Positions 12,342 through 24,470 of a DNA stretch of 64,000 nt are shown here, piece after piece; the stretch's first letter is position 1; each line of letters starts with the position of its first letter. The translations under genes were made by a program, and so were the position numbers. The notes beneath the pieces were generated by a model. It was not told the origin of the DNA, did not search any database, and saw only the letters and a program-made list of their open reading frames with translations. This stretch comes from Nemertoderma westbladi (lineage: Eukaryota > Animalia > Xenacoelomorpha). The stretch covers positions 5,402-69,401 of the forward strand of contig JAUCBJ010001804.1 of NCBI GenBank assembly GCA_032718475.1. Direction: 5' to 3'.

Positions 12342-13881
12342 CCCTATTAAACCCGGGGGTGGGTCAATATGACCCCCCCCCCCCCCCCCGTGGTTTTTTT
12401 ATTATAATTCTGAAACAAACGCAGTTGGGAATCTGACATTTTAAGACTTTTCCTAAAAATATATTGTATTCCTAGTAGTGAAAACCGTTTTCAAAAATAT
12501 TGAGTAGTTTTCGAGTTATAGCACCATTTTTTAACCCTACTTTTGGCACTTTTTTTTGAGACGTTTTTTGAAAATTACATTTCATTAAATATGATATGTA
12601 ACATCTCTATTTTTGATTTACACCGGTTTTTTGGTGTTAGCAATTGGATGGAATTAATGTAAATTGATTTAGAAATTTCAAACTTGTATTTTTCGGCGGG
12701 TGCCAAATTTTGGTGCCAGCACCAAATTTTGAAATATGTCAATTTTGTAAATTGATTGTTTGAAACTTGGCTTATACGCAATTGGAGTTTTTTGGGGTTC
12801 TGGTTTCGATGAAATATATACGAGTTGCACCAAGCGTATCAAACTTGTTTTTTTCGGTGCTGTGTGCAAATTTTGGTGCTAGCACGAAATTTTGGAAATC
12901 CATTCAATAGATAAAATTGCTTGTGACAATTTATTTGTTGCATTTTAGAGGTTTATGGCTGTTCTGAATTCAATGGAATATATAATTATCGAACTAGACA
13001 TCTCAAACTTGTATTTTTCGGAAGTGGGTGCAAAATGTGGTGCTAGCACCAAATTTTGAAAACCATCAAATATATCAATTGATTGTGTCATCTTGTTTCT
13101 TGCGTTATGCGGGTTTGTTAGGGTTCTGAATTTAATGGAAGCAGTAAAAATTTCATAAGAGTTTTCAAACTTGTATTTTTCGCCGGTGGGTGAAAATTGT
13201 TGTGCCAGCACCAAATTTTGGAAAATGAGCAAGTTGATCAATAGATAGTATCATCTTGTTTCTTGCGTTATACTGGTTTATGAGGGTCCTGAATTCGATG
13301 GAATCAATAAAAACAGCACTGGACATCGCAAACTTGTACTTTTTGGTGATGGGTACGAAATTTGGTGCTAGCACCAAAATTTGCCATATTAAGCCGAAAA
13401 ATACAAGTAGCAATGATCTGGCATATTTGAAATGTATTCCATTAGAATCAGCGCCCTAGAAAACCTGAAAATGTAAATTTATAGCATCGTATAAGTGAAT
13501 TAAAAATGTTGTGTTCTAACTGAAAAGTGCTGGTTACTTGTTTTTTTCATTTTTTTCCTACGCATAGAGGACTAAACAGCCATTTATGGTAATCATATCA
13601 TTTTTAAATATTTTCCAATGTATGTTGCGCCCAAGAAAACCTGTATTGAAAAACAATTAGCCGAAAAATGTAAATATTACTGCTGCAATATTACCACCAC
13701 AGTACAGTTTTTCGAAAAATTTTTTTTCGGTCGGATCCAGACTAGTGATACCTACGTACAAACAAAAAATCAGACATTTTCGTTAATATTTGTAGATTTT
13801 AGAGGGAGGGGTCAATATGACACCCCCCCCCCCCCCCCCCCCGATATTTGTACAGCATTTTATAGCCCGGTACTAATAGGT
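12342..13881 (+). mobile_element. piggyBac-like non-autonomous element
   Basis: TTAA|ccctattaaacccggg ... cccggtactaataggt|TTAA. The empty site catttcTTAAagcaaatcactt is present at ~45140-45160. Confidence 0.85.
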
Positions 13882-13914
13882 TTAAAGCAAATCACTTCAA
13901 CTAATTAAAAACTA

Positions 13915-16348
13915 CAGTCCAGCTCACCAACAGAGTGCCATCGGATCCGATCTGAACCGATCGGATCCAACAGCTTCAAACACTTTCAGACAAACTCCAA
14001 CAGTCCAACAACTTCAAACAGATTCAGACAGTTTCAAACAGATTCAGACAGTTTCAAACAGAATCAGACAACTTCCAACAACCTGTCAATCACTCCACCC
14101 ACACTCAACCGCAACCCCAACTCAACTCCCATCTTCTTGCGCGCAGATAGAATGAAAGCGTTTGAAACTACTAAAGGAACTCCATTCATAAAGCCACAAT
14201 AACGACAGAGTGGACTGGCCACTGGCGGCGCCCTTGAACATTCACACTGTAACTTAAGCTGACCTGAAGGAACAGCCCATTAGTGAGGTCGGTATTTCTC
14301 TTTATTCCTGCCGCTATCTTTGAATAACACAATAGCAGAAAGCTAACCAGTGGTCTACCCCCAATACAAGAAAGACAAGTTGGCTACCATTGAAATGAAT
14401 GGGGAATGGAATTCTGTGTTCACATACTAATGTTGCTTTGGGTTGGTCTAGAGCCATACAATAGAGCTTTACGGAAATACACTTCCAAAGAGCCAAGCAG
14501 TGGCGGTATAGGTCCAAAATGCCCATGTAGAATTTCTTCGAATAAGGCTCAATTTCTTTAAGTTACATTAATTAAAATACTGATAAATATATTTTGCTTT
14601 TCGCAGGAGGGACAGTATCCCCCTCTACAGTTAATATAGTGTACGTACATGTGTTAGTTATATCGTTGCGTTTATTTATATTTATACAGGTTTGGATATG
14701 ATCTCTACTAGTTTGATTTTTGTTTTGTCAATTAATTAATTGTGCGGTTAATTTGTCAATCACAGCCTTAATTGGCTACATTGCTTATTGTATGAATGAA
14801 TATAATTAGTTATTAAGACATTATTTTAATTAGTATCTGGTGTGATTAGGTCTACCTTTTACATAACAACAGTACGTCAATGGCGGATATACTACTACTA
14901 CTAAGTCGAGCGAACTCGGACAGTGGAAATGAGATCCTTCCAGGCTTCCCGATTCTCCATAGTTGTCGCAATTTCGTTTCTCCCAAGTTCAGAGATGGCG
15001 GATATACATTACATCATAATATGGCATGGCAGTCACGTGAAAACAAGGGCCTTCACATTCCCAATTCTCTATCTAATCTATTATGGTTGTGCGTAATGCT
15101 CAATACTACTTTATGATATTAATTCATTCACGTTTAACATTAACAGCCACGTTTCATCAACCCCCCCCCCCCCCCCCCCCTCCCCTTCCAATGTGACAAA
15201 CTATCACGATATGTTGGCGTTGGGCCCCGTCCCTACGTCCACCCTCCCTTGTGAAGGGCTAGGGGGGACTTTCGACCCATCATTACTAAAGGGTAGTGAT
15301 AATATTCAAAATAAGTTTTCCCATGTATACGTAATTTTATTCTTAAATAGGTACTTGTTTGTTCCTAAATTCTGCCTAAATGCTGCCTTACTCAATGTTA
15401 AATAATTTATTGTTCTCGAATATTTATTTCGTAACTAGGGAACCGCTTAACTACAAACCAATATTGGATATGGAGTTCCGTTTCGAAGTTCGCCTTGCAG
15501 AGACTAAAGTTGCAATAACTTTTGAGGGTGTGAATGTAATTTACTCAAATAGGGTAGGTGCGCGAAAAAATAGTTGGGCTAGAAGTATTACGTGCAAACC
15601 TTTTCATTTCGATGCTCTTTCAACACAACTAATAAAATTAACCAAAAATATTTTTTTCACTCATTGTAATTATATTTACTGTTTGCTTAATCTGTTTGTG
15701 TTTATATCTGTTTATGTGCAGTATTTAGTGCCCTACGTCAAAGAAACTAATATATTTATAGCATTATTTACATTTCTAATTAAATTAAGGAATTAAAAAC
15801 GTGTTGGTGTTATTATATTCATTTATCGGAATTTATATTATAGGAATTTATTATTCGTTTATGCATTCTAGTTAATTAATTGATATAATTAACGACATAA
15901 TTATGTAAATAAAAATTGTTAAATGAAACAAATCTTTGTTTCGGTTTATAATTGACAATAGCACACCCTCACAATCACTTCAAATTGAGAGTTAAAGTGA
16001 TTGACATTTTGTTAATGAACTACGCTTTTGTAAGGCATTGGCAAATTCCAACAAATTCCGATGGCGTCAAACATCTTCAGACAACTTCAAACAGTTTCAG
16101 ACAATTTCAGACAACTTCAAACAACTTCAGATAGCTTCCAACAACATCCAACAGAAATTTCAAACACTTTCAGACGGATTTCAGACAGATTCAGATGGGC
16201 TCCAACAGACTAAACTTGTTGGAAATATTTTCTCCAACAGAATCAAACAGTACTAAATCTCCGTAGGTTAGCATTGTGCTTGTTTGAAGCTGTCGGAGTG
16301 TGTTGGATCCGATCGGATCCGATGGCACTCTGTTGGTGAGCGGGACTG
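13915..16348. mobile_element. Tc1/mariner-like non-autonomous element (TA TSD)
   Basis: TIR cagtccMgctcaccaacagagtgccatcggatccgatc at both ends and TA on both sides. The empty site aaaacTAtaatggaatgggg is present at ~45171-45190. Subterminal (ttcagaca/ttcaaaca)n repeats. Confidence 0.85.
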
Positions 16349-17589
16349 TATAATGGAATGGGGTATGGGGATTACAGCTGTATAATTTTTAAGTATAATT
16401 ATTTAAATCTTATACAATAAATAATTAATTTCCATTAAATTAGCAGGTTAAAAAATATGCTGTTTTTACCCTAAACAACTAATAACTAAGTAACTGCTAT
16501 TACAGTATCTTAGCTTCTCGAAGGCCACACGCAAATTCAATTTGGAAAATTTCTAAATTTTTTCCAAACAACATGTTTACCAAGTTTGGTAGATTCCATC
16601 GATGATTGGCCGAGTTATTAACGTTTAAAATTGAACACAACAGAACGACAGAGCAACAGATCGACAGATCAACAGAACACGTTCGTGGGGCCATCGCGCA
16701 GGACGAGGCTCAGTTATCAGATACAGATTAAAATTGTGCAATTCTATGACAAAATCAGTATTTAAGAAGTTTAACTAAACCGCCGATAAGAATAAATCAA
16801 AGAAGAAATGAAAGTTCCTCCCCTCCAACCCCCCCCCCCCCCCCCCCCCCCCTTTTTTTAATCTGTACCACCCCCCACCCCAACCCAAGCGCGCCAATAT
16901 ACTGTCGAAAATTGGGGTTTTTTGTTCAAATTTGAGGTATTTTTAGGCTCATAATATCGAGTGTTGCTGCGACTTAGGGAAACTGTTGGAGCAACTTCTA
17001 CTTTTAATATGTTAAAATATAATGTAAAATAAGAACTTTTATCGATGCAATAAAATATTTCACCGATGCAAACATGCTTTTATTGGGGGCGAAAATTGAA
17101 ATTTGAGGTTAAACCTCAAATTTGAGACAAAACCTCAAATTTCGCCAGTCTTTACAACATCACCAGCCTGCCAGCAGTAGGTTGTAGCAGTAGGCTTTGC
17201 TGCTTAGTGCTTATAGAGCTTGGTGAGAATGAGTGACCAGTGTAACCTGTGACATGACATGTATGCAGGGTAGGCTTAACCTTACAGCACAGCAACTTAC
17301 AGTAAATAACTTTAGTCCGTTAGTGATTGGTGAGAAAAATGCAGAAGACTAGAGAAATTCGCTATCCTTACCGCCTTACTGTTGGTAAGAAGAACAGTAG
17401 ACCAGATCCTCACTGTTGCAAGATTCAAGCTCACACAGCTGCAAAGTCACAGACTCAGGAAGGCCTACCAAATCTTGTAGATATTGAATCAATTCCAGAA
17501 TTTGGAAGTTTACATATTCTGGCATTCATCTGTTCTGTTCATCATTCATATCACACACCTTCTGAAAAAAATATGTTTTCTGGTTGTTG

Positions 17590-18240
17590 ATGTCCTCTTT
17601 AAAACTTTGTACAGTATATCAAATGAAGCCATTCCTCTCCTGACAGCCTGAAGACTTATGTAATATTCGCCTGCCCTAGCTATATCTGTCAATTTGAATA
17701 CTGTACCACTCTACCATCATTCTTCCACAGTTTGGAGCCCCTTTCTAGACAAATGTTGCCGCAAAGGTTGACGTGGTTTATATAATATATGTGGACTTGA
17801 TTCTTTTGTTAGTTATTCTATACGACTGGAGACTCTAAAGTTGGAACCACTACCTACTGCAGTATACATCAATTAAAGTTCAATTTGATAATGTGCATTA
17901 AACTTATATGTAAAGATCTAAACCTGATCCTCCAGCTCCATTACAACAATGTGCAACATCCTCGCAGACTATTTTAATATCCCAGCCAGACATCCAATGC
18001 AATCATGACCTGGCCATATATATAAAATTATGAAGCAAAGGCCATGCCCCGCCCATCTGCCCATGCTGCCATGTCTGCATGACTGCATGTTCCATACAAC
18101 ACCTCTTCTCTATCAGGGTCATTAACATATGGAACATGCTGGACCTGGAACACAGTAGAAACATCATCATCACTAATCGCTATTCCTTTAAACACTCTTT
18201 AGACTCTGCTTTCTTATCAAGACATCTGAAATGTTATAGA
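17590..18240 (+). pseudogene. Degenerate CR1/L2-type LINE 3' fragment
   Basis: HLFSIRVINIWNML...SFKHSLD resembles the CR1-group C-terminal FS.RV...WN.L....FK..LD motif. Upstream frames are broken. Confidence 0.45.
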
Positions 18241-18507
18241 AATCTAAGTGACTGTTTGTTTATACTATACATACATACATCCTTTTAAATTGACCTTATG
18301 AGGAACAAGAATCATTTATAACTTGGGCAAAATGTATAACCTTTTTCACTAACCTATTCTCGAGGCTTTTATCTCATCTCTGGAGTACACCTTGCAGGCA
18401 CTAAAGTTGCATTGCAGTAGTGTGTAGTGATGGATTTTGCTCAAATTTCGATCAAAAATTTTGATCAACACATTCAATGAAATTTTAGAAATTCCACCAA
18501 AAATATT

Positions 18508-18772
18508 TTGGCACTTGTATCAAATCAAATTGACCCTCCCAATCTGCTAATCCTGAAATCACCATTTAATCCTGAAATTTAGTGCAGGTGATATCAATAT
18601 TCCTAACTCTTGTTTATTGTTTTTTGGTTACTTTCAACTCACATCTGTAACCTGCTCCTTTGCTAACCCTGCACCCTGTAACCGGGCACTAATGAAAGTG
18701 ACTTTAGTTTAGGTGATTTCAGGATTAGCAGATTATGAGCTAGGAGGGTCCCCTATTTGACACAAGTGCCAA
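18508..18772. mobile_element. Small MITE-like inverted repeat
   Basis: ttggcacttgtatcaaat..gaccctcc..aatctgctaatcctgaaatcacc is mirrored by ggtgatttcaggattagcagatt..ggagggtc..atttgacacaagtgccaa. Confidence 0.6.
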
Positions 18773-20871
18773 TGTTTTATTTTACTTTTTTACCGGGATA
18801 AAAAGTAAAATCAATACAAAATTATGGCTCTATGGTACATTATTACAGGGGTATTATGTGGCAATATTATTCAATATTATTGCAGGTTGCTGTGTTGCCG
18901 ACTTTGCAAAAGCTGTGCCCAACAAAAAGTTACAATATTCAGATACTATGGGGACAACTTTTTCCCTACCAGTAGGGAAAAAAAGTAAGCCTACTACTTT
19001 TTCTCCCGATTTTAGGGCATACTCATGCAAAAAAGTAACAATATAAAAATATAAGTTCTTTAAGCTCTGTACTGTACTTCGTTTTATATGTCTACCATCT
19101 GATCATACCACATACCACCCCACTGCACCCCTACCAGTAGCGTTTTTAAGTATAAGCCTTTTTAAACTAATACTGAATATGTTTTAAATATTATATTTCA
19201 CAACACTCAGACACTAGGCCTACATCAGTTTATTTAATACAGTAACTTTACAATACAGTAACAAGCTAACAACTGCTGAACTAGGCCAACTATGACTTCT
19301 GTCTGTATCTGACTATGCTGCTATGAAATTCAAATTTAGGGTAAAACTCAAATTTAGAGAATTAACCTAACCTTGTATTAAATTTGAGGTAATTCCAAAA
19401 TTGGGTCTATAATTTGAAATTTGAGGTATTCTCAAATTTGATGATCTCCCTGACTGGTATATGTCCAACTACAGAACTACAAACTGACAAACATCAGAAC
19501 ATAAACCTGTCCGCTGTCCTACTGTCTGATTGTCCTACAGTCCTAAGCTACTTTTTTTTGACAGACATTTGTAAATATTTTTTATTTTGTATATACTCTC
19601 ATGTGCATTTTTTTAAATTCTCATATATTTGTGCCCATTTTTTAAAATCTGCTTCATCACATACTGTTGTTCATGGTTACATATTTGTTATTTTATGCTA
19701 CTACGTACGCTTATTTGTTGTAATTACATAACGTTTTTATCAGTTTATTGCATCATAAATTACAATAATTTTAAATTACTTACTGTTATACTGTATATTT
19801 AGTAAAGGTTTCGAAATGAGTATTCCGATCCGATGCTAGGTTACCTATTAGTGCTCCCGGAAGGGAACCTTGGTGATTTTCTCCCTTTAATTTTAATATT
19901 TTAATCTGTGTGTTTCCGATTTAAATTTTAATATTAATTGTGAAATAAATAAAAAAAAAATAAATACTACAGTCAGACAATACTACTGTACTACACTGTA
20001 CTAGACTGCTAGACTGTACTGTCAGTGTCAGACTGTAGGTACAGACAGGCCACAGGCAGAGGTAAGACTGTACGGCAGTACGGTACGGTACTCTACTCAG
20101 GTACACGTACAAGACGTACATACAAGACGTAGATCATGCAGTCCACAGTCTGGCAGTAGGCAGGATGGTAGTCCCTTCCTGGTCCTGCATTCTCCATTTC
20201 TACCTACAGTAGAAAGCTACGGGACATCCAGCACCAGTAAGTTCAAGCTGCGCTGAGGTAAAGGATATGACAGTCATTAGGTCGAGGCGTACAACTGTAC
20301 ATGTATTACAGTTTATATTATTACTAGCCAGTAAGCCATCGCACAGATCGCAGATGGATGAATAATGCAATAACTAAATAGTTTATTAAAAATAAATTTG
20401 ACAAATGAATTATTATTAATGACCCAGACTATGCCCAATCATGAATCACTGCTTGCAATACATTATGGGTAATCTTTTTATAAAAATCACATAATCGTAA
20501 TTTTAAGCTAGCATAATGTCTGCAATAAGTTAGCAGAAAATTAAACAATTTTAAGCTCGCATAAAGCTTACATATTACAAGCACTAAATATCTCCCCCCA
20601 GCATGGCGGATATAGCAAATGATTAATTAATAGCTTGCATTACATTAACAATTTGACATTTATAACAATGTTTTACTCTATTTATTAAAAACACAATAAA
20701 ATAGCATTAACTGTGATGTTAACCAAAATGCTTGCAATTTGTTAGCACAAGTATGTAAAGTGCAGCGGTTGTGTCACATGCCAGCATTATGCAAGCTTTT
20801 TGCTAGGGTGGATTTTGACTGGGAAGAGGATTGAAATTAACAGGCAAATGAAATTAACAGGAAATTTGTGT

Positions 20872-21240
20872 TGTAAATTTTAGGCATAGAGGCGACCCCA
20901 TTTATAAGAAATATTAAAACATACCTTCTGCCGATAGTCATGTATTGATACTGAAATATTAATTTATAATGTCAACACCTCAACGAAATTATTTAGCTAA
21001 TTATTCTAAACAATCACGATTGAATACTCAGCCAATCATTTTGCGAGTCAAATAATGTAAATTTTAGGCATAGAGGCGACCCCATTTATAAGAAATATTA
21101 AAACATACCTTCTGCCGATAGTCATGTATTGATACTGAAATATTAATTTATAATGTCAACACCTCAACGAAATTATTTAGCTAATTATTCTAAACAATCA
21201 CGATTGAATACTCAGCCAATCATTTTGCGAGTCAAATAAT
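20872..21240. repeat. Tandem duplication, 184-bp unit x2
   Basis: tgtaaattttaggcatagaggcgacccc...gcgagtcaaataat is repeated head to tail with no differences noticed. Confidence 0.9.
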
Positions 21241-21766
21241 AAGCAAGCTGACTTAGTCTGGCTCCTTACACTACTACTGTTACGATATATGGCGCTGTGT
21301 ACTAGAACAGCCCAATATACAGTATAGAGCGATTAGATAAGTTATATCGATGTACAGCATTCATTTGGTAAGGAAAATGAAATACACGAGTTTATATTAT
21401 TCATCCGATTTTGTACAGTATGTACCCTTACGTATGTAATTTTATAATAAAACCTTAGCATATTAAATTATGGTGGCAAACTTTTGTATAACATTAACAC
21501 GAATTTGCCGTTTATTGACATTGACTGAACCTAATGTGTATTTGTATTAATTTCCTTTATATTTCCCTACAAACTGATGTTGTACTAAATTAATGCTGAA
21601 TGTGCTTTAATAATCGCGAAATTAATGCTACGGCCATAAACCTATAAGCCCACCAAGACAGATTTATTACCATATATGGTAATGATTTGAGAAATGGGGA
21701 AGCATAGGGCTATAATCCGGCTCTCTCATTGGTTTAGTTATTTTAGGTTGGTCTAATGGTAGTAGG

Positions 21767-23662
21767 TATAGAATTATATTCCCTAAATGCCGTGGATTTT
21801 CAAAATTTTATTTTATTCGAATTAACTTTGTAAAGGATTGCTTTGAGTTCTCATTCGTATTTGTTCTATCATTTGTACGCCTATTGGTCAAGTGGTTCAG
21901 TAGCTCAGTCGGTAGAGCGTTGGAAATTATATGTGTAGTAGGTATTGAGTTCGAATCCTAGTAAGTGCGAATTATTTTTTGTGCAGAACTTCAACTCATT
22001 TAAATTGACCGCTACAAATTAATTGCATTTGTCTGTACCAATGAGACTGTAGTTATTTGATTGTAACCAATGTCGTGCAAGTTATATATTAGCTGGACCA
22101 ATAGCTATCTTTAAAACCCTGTTAGAACCTATAGAACAATCGAGAATTTTCTCGATTGATTGCAGCACAAATTTGCTATATAAAGGTGCGATTTCGTTCA
22201 TTAGTTATCTCTCTCTCTCAATTACTCTAACCATATTCGTATCTCTGAGTTATCTAATATTTGTTTATTCTGTCATTAGTTTTCAGATTACATTTTATAT
22301 TATTATCTGCAATAAATTCAGAAATACCGCTATCTGCTTTTCTTTACCATGATTCACTACGGTGAACAAACCTAAGGGACAGGATGGCCGGCTAGAGATC
22401 GGGCCGCAGCAATGAACGGGAACATCACGGGAATGTAGACAAGAGACAACCCGCAATACCATCTCAGTTATTCGCCCATCGCCTGAAAGGTTAGACAGCG
22501 TTCGACGCCTTGCTACCTAAGTGTAAGACCAAAAGATCAAAAGGTAGAAGTAGTGACACGCTGTGAGCCTAAAATTACATCTTAGGGACTGTACTGTCTT
22601 GATTCAGGAAAACCCACAGTAGACCTTCATATTCCTACGGGGGGAGAGCGCAGGCAGATACTAGTACGCAGATAGGACGTAGGCACACCGGTACGAAGCA
22701 TACAAATTGGTAGGGTGCAGCAAACTGTACGCCTAACTCTTGCTAAGTACAGGTGCGTTTGCGACTATTTGCAGTACAACGGTGTCCATTGCATTAGAAC
22801 TTGTAGGCTAGGGGGGTTGCTGTGTTTTCACCTGAATTGGGATTGTACCGTTCAGGCGGTAGGGCAGTTTACAACTAGGCGCAAATAAATTGAGGCTATT
22901 AGGGATACTAACATCTACCGTGTCCCCGCCAACGCCCTAATAGGAAGTCACCCAGCCTACCTAGGTGACTAAAATTCTAGATAGGACGCCAGGATAGCTA
23001 TTAGTAACTGTATGCCTACAGTAGTAAACTAACACATCTTTTCTTAGTATCAGGGACCTGGTACCTAAAATTGCCGAATTCTGGGCGTAGCATTAACCTT
23101 ATGCCTGAATTTGAGTCCTGGAAATACGCAAGAGGGGAAGGAACCTTATCATTCGTGAGTATTGGACCTACAAGTTGCAAAATTAGAATATTCGTAAAAT
23201 GCACACCGTACCCAGTAATTATATATGTGAAGGAGCAAAACTGCTTTTGACCGTTCAGAATTAATGCACGCGCGTTAGAAATTATTTACACCTCAAAATA
23301 TATAAAATTAACTTTCGTCCTTACTGTGTTTTGCCCGCTAGTTAGACATCTCCAAATCTCTGCCTCTGTATCTAGCTAGCGTCTCTTTGCCCAACCATAT
23401 AAATCACACCGCGGCAAAGTATACGAGCCCCTTAGTCCGTCAGTGAGTCAGCCTGATTTTAGGATTCGCTGCGCGGGATTTTGTTTTATCGAAGTTTGTC
23501 TGCTCGTAGACTGTTTTCTGCCTCACCGGTTATAAGAGATCGATACTGCAATATATTCGCTTACTTAGAGTTTACTGTTTTGGTGAGAAGGTCGGATTTA
23601 TGATTTGATTCACAAACTTTACAGTAGGATATTGCAGGTATTGTTACCGTCTCTTCCATATA
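21767..23662 (+). repeat. 5' LTR of element 1 (TATAGAA...CCATATA)
   Basis: Direct repeat of 36794-38398 plus 42412-42702 (offset 15027, then 19040). TATA-like boxes at ~22177 and ~23398, AATAAA at ~22311. Confidence 0.92.
21894..21980 (+). ncRNA. tRNA-like Pol III transcription unit inside the 5' LTR
   Basis: GGTTCAG-TA-GCTC-AGTCGGTA-GAGC gives an A box and intact D arm. B box GAGTTCGAATCC at 21947-21958 and T6 at 21975-21980. Acceptor and anticodon stems do not pair, so it is not a functional tRNA. Confidence 0.65.
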
Positions 23663-23899
23663 GTAGGAATATGTTTTACTGAACTACGGTTCGGTAGGAC
23701 TAAAGTTATTTGAAAATTTTGTATTTTGAGGTAAAAATTTGTATTTGATTAGCTAAGTGCTAATTTTTTGAAATAAAATTTGATTTGAACCGCGTGTAAA
23801 TATTTTGGAATTGAATACCGGTGTTTAAAAGGGTTTAAATACCATATTGTACCGGTACAAAATTTTCGTAAAGTAAAACCTAACTCTTTTGTTTTTCAG

Positions 23900-24078
23900 G
23901 ATTCAGAACTCATTTCTAGACTGTAATGGGAGCAAGACCGTGTTTAGCAAGTTTGGGAGATAGATAACTCAACAACTTTGTTTGGGAAAATCGCGTTTCG
24001 TCCGCAACGTTAAAAACGGAAAGGTTCACGTCCGGTTTGTATCTGGGAATCTGTTTTTCTGGAGAATTATTGGAGTGG
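23900..24078 (+). other. Putative leader exon of element 1 (splice acceptor and donor conserved with element 2)
   Basis: ttttgtttttcAG|G ... G|GTGAGT. The homologous block 49570-49719 (-) has ttttcAG|G ... C|GTAAGT. Confidence 0.5.
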
Positions 24079-24470
24079 GTGAGTTCGAAAAGTTGCATAA
24101 ATAAGTTAGGCATTACCGTATTAGTTAAAATTTATTGTGGGTTCCACTGTCTCAAGTATTTATGCATTCCGTATGATTTCTTTGTTCATTGCTGAATTAG
24201 TCCGTATTATTGTATTTAATTTACCTTTTTTGATAACGCATATTGTTATCCGATTTATTTGTTATAAAATTGGCCGCTAGGCTAATTTTATTATATACTT
24301 ATTCCGTGACATTTATTTGCTGTAAAATTGGCCGTTTAGGCTAATTTTATCCATCTGCTATAAAATCGGCCGGTAGGCTAATTTTATATGACTGTAATTA
24401 GTACCGTTTAGATAAAATACGGTAAGTTTGATACTTTGACACTCACTTTACTTGACTTACAACTACCGAA

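Noticed and set aside
20100-20265. Possible host-gene first exon with GTAAGT/GTAAAG donors
   Set aside because: No supportable ORF or homology; splice-like hexamers alone are insufficient.
21760-21766. 7-bp TSD TAGTAGG with LTR ends TATAGAA/TTCCATA
   Set aside because: Formally possible and gives a 6/7 terminal inverted repeat. However, 5 bp is the usual BEL/Pao TSD and the flanking palindrome is symmetric only around GTAGG. Kept as a less likely alternative.
21894-21968. Bona fide tRNA gene
   Set aside because: Only the D arm and T loop are intact. Acceptor and anticodon stems do not pair, so no isotype can be assigned.
23016-23204. 62-aa minus-strand ORF present twice (also 38043..38231)
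   Set aside because: The duplication simply reflects the two LTRs; no coding evidence.
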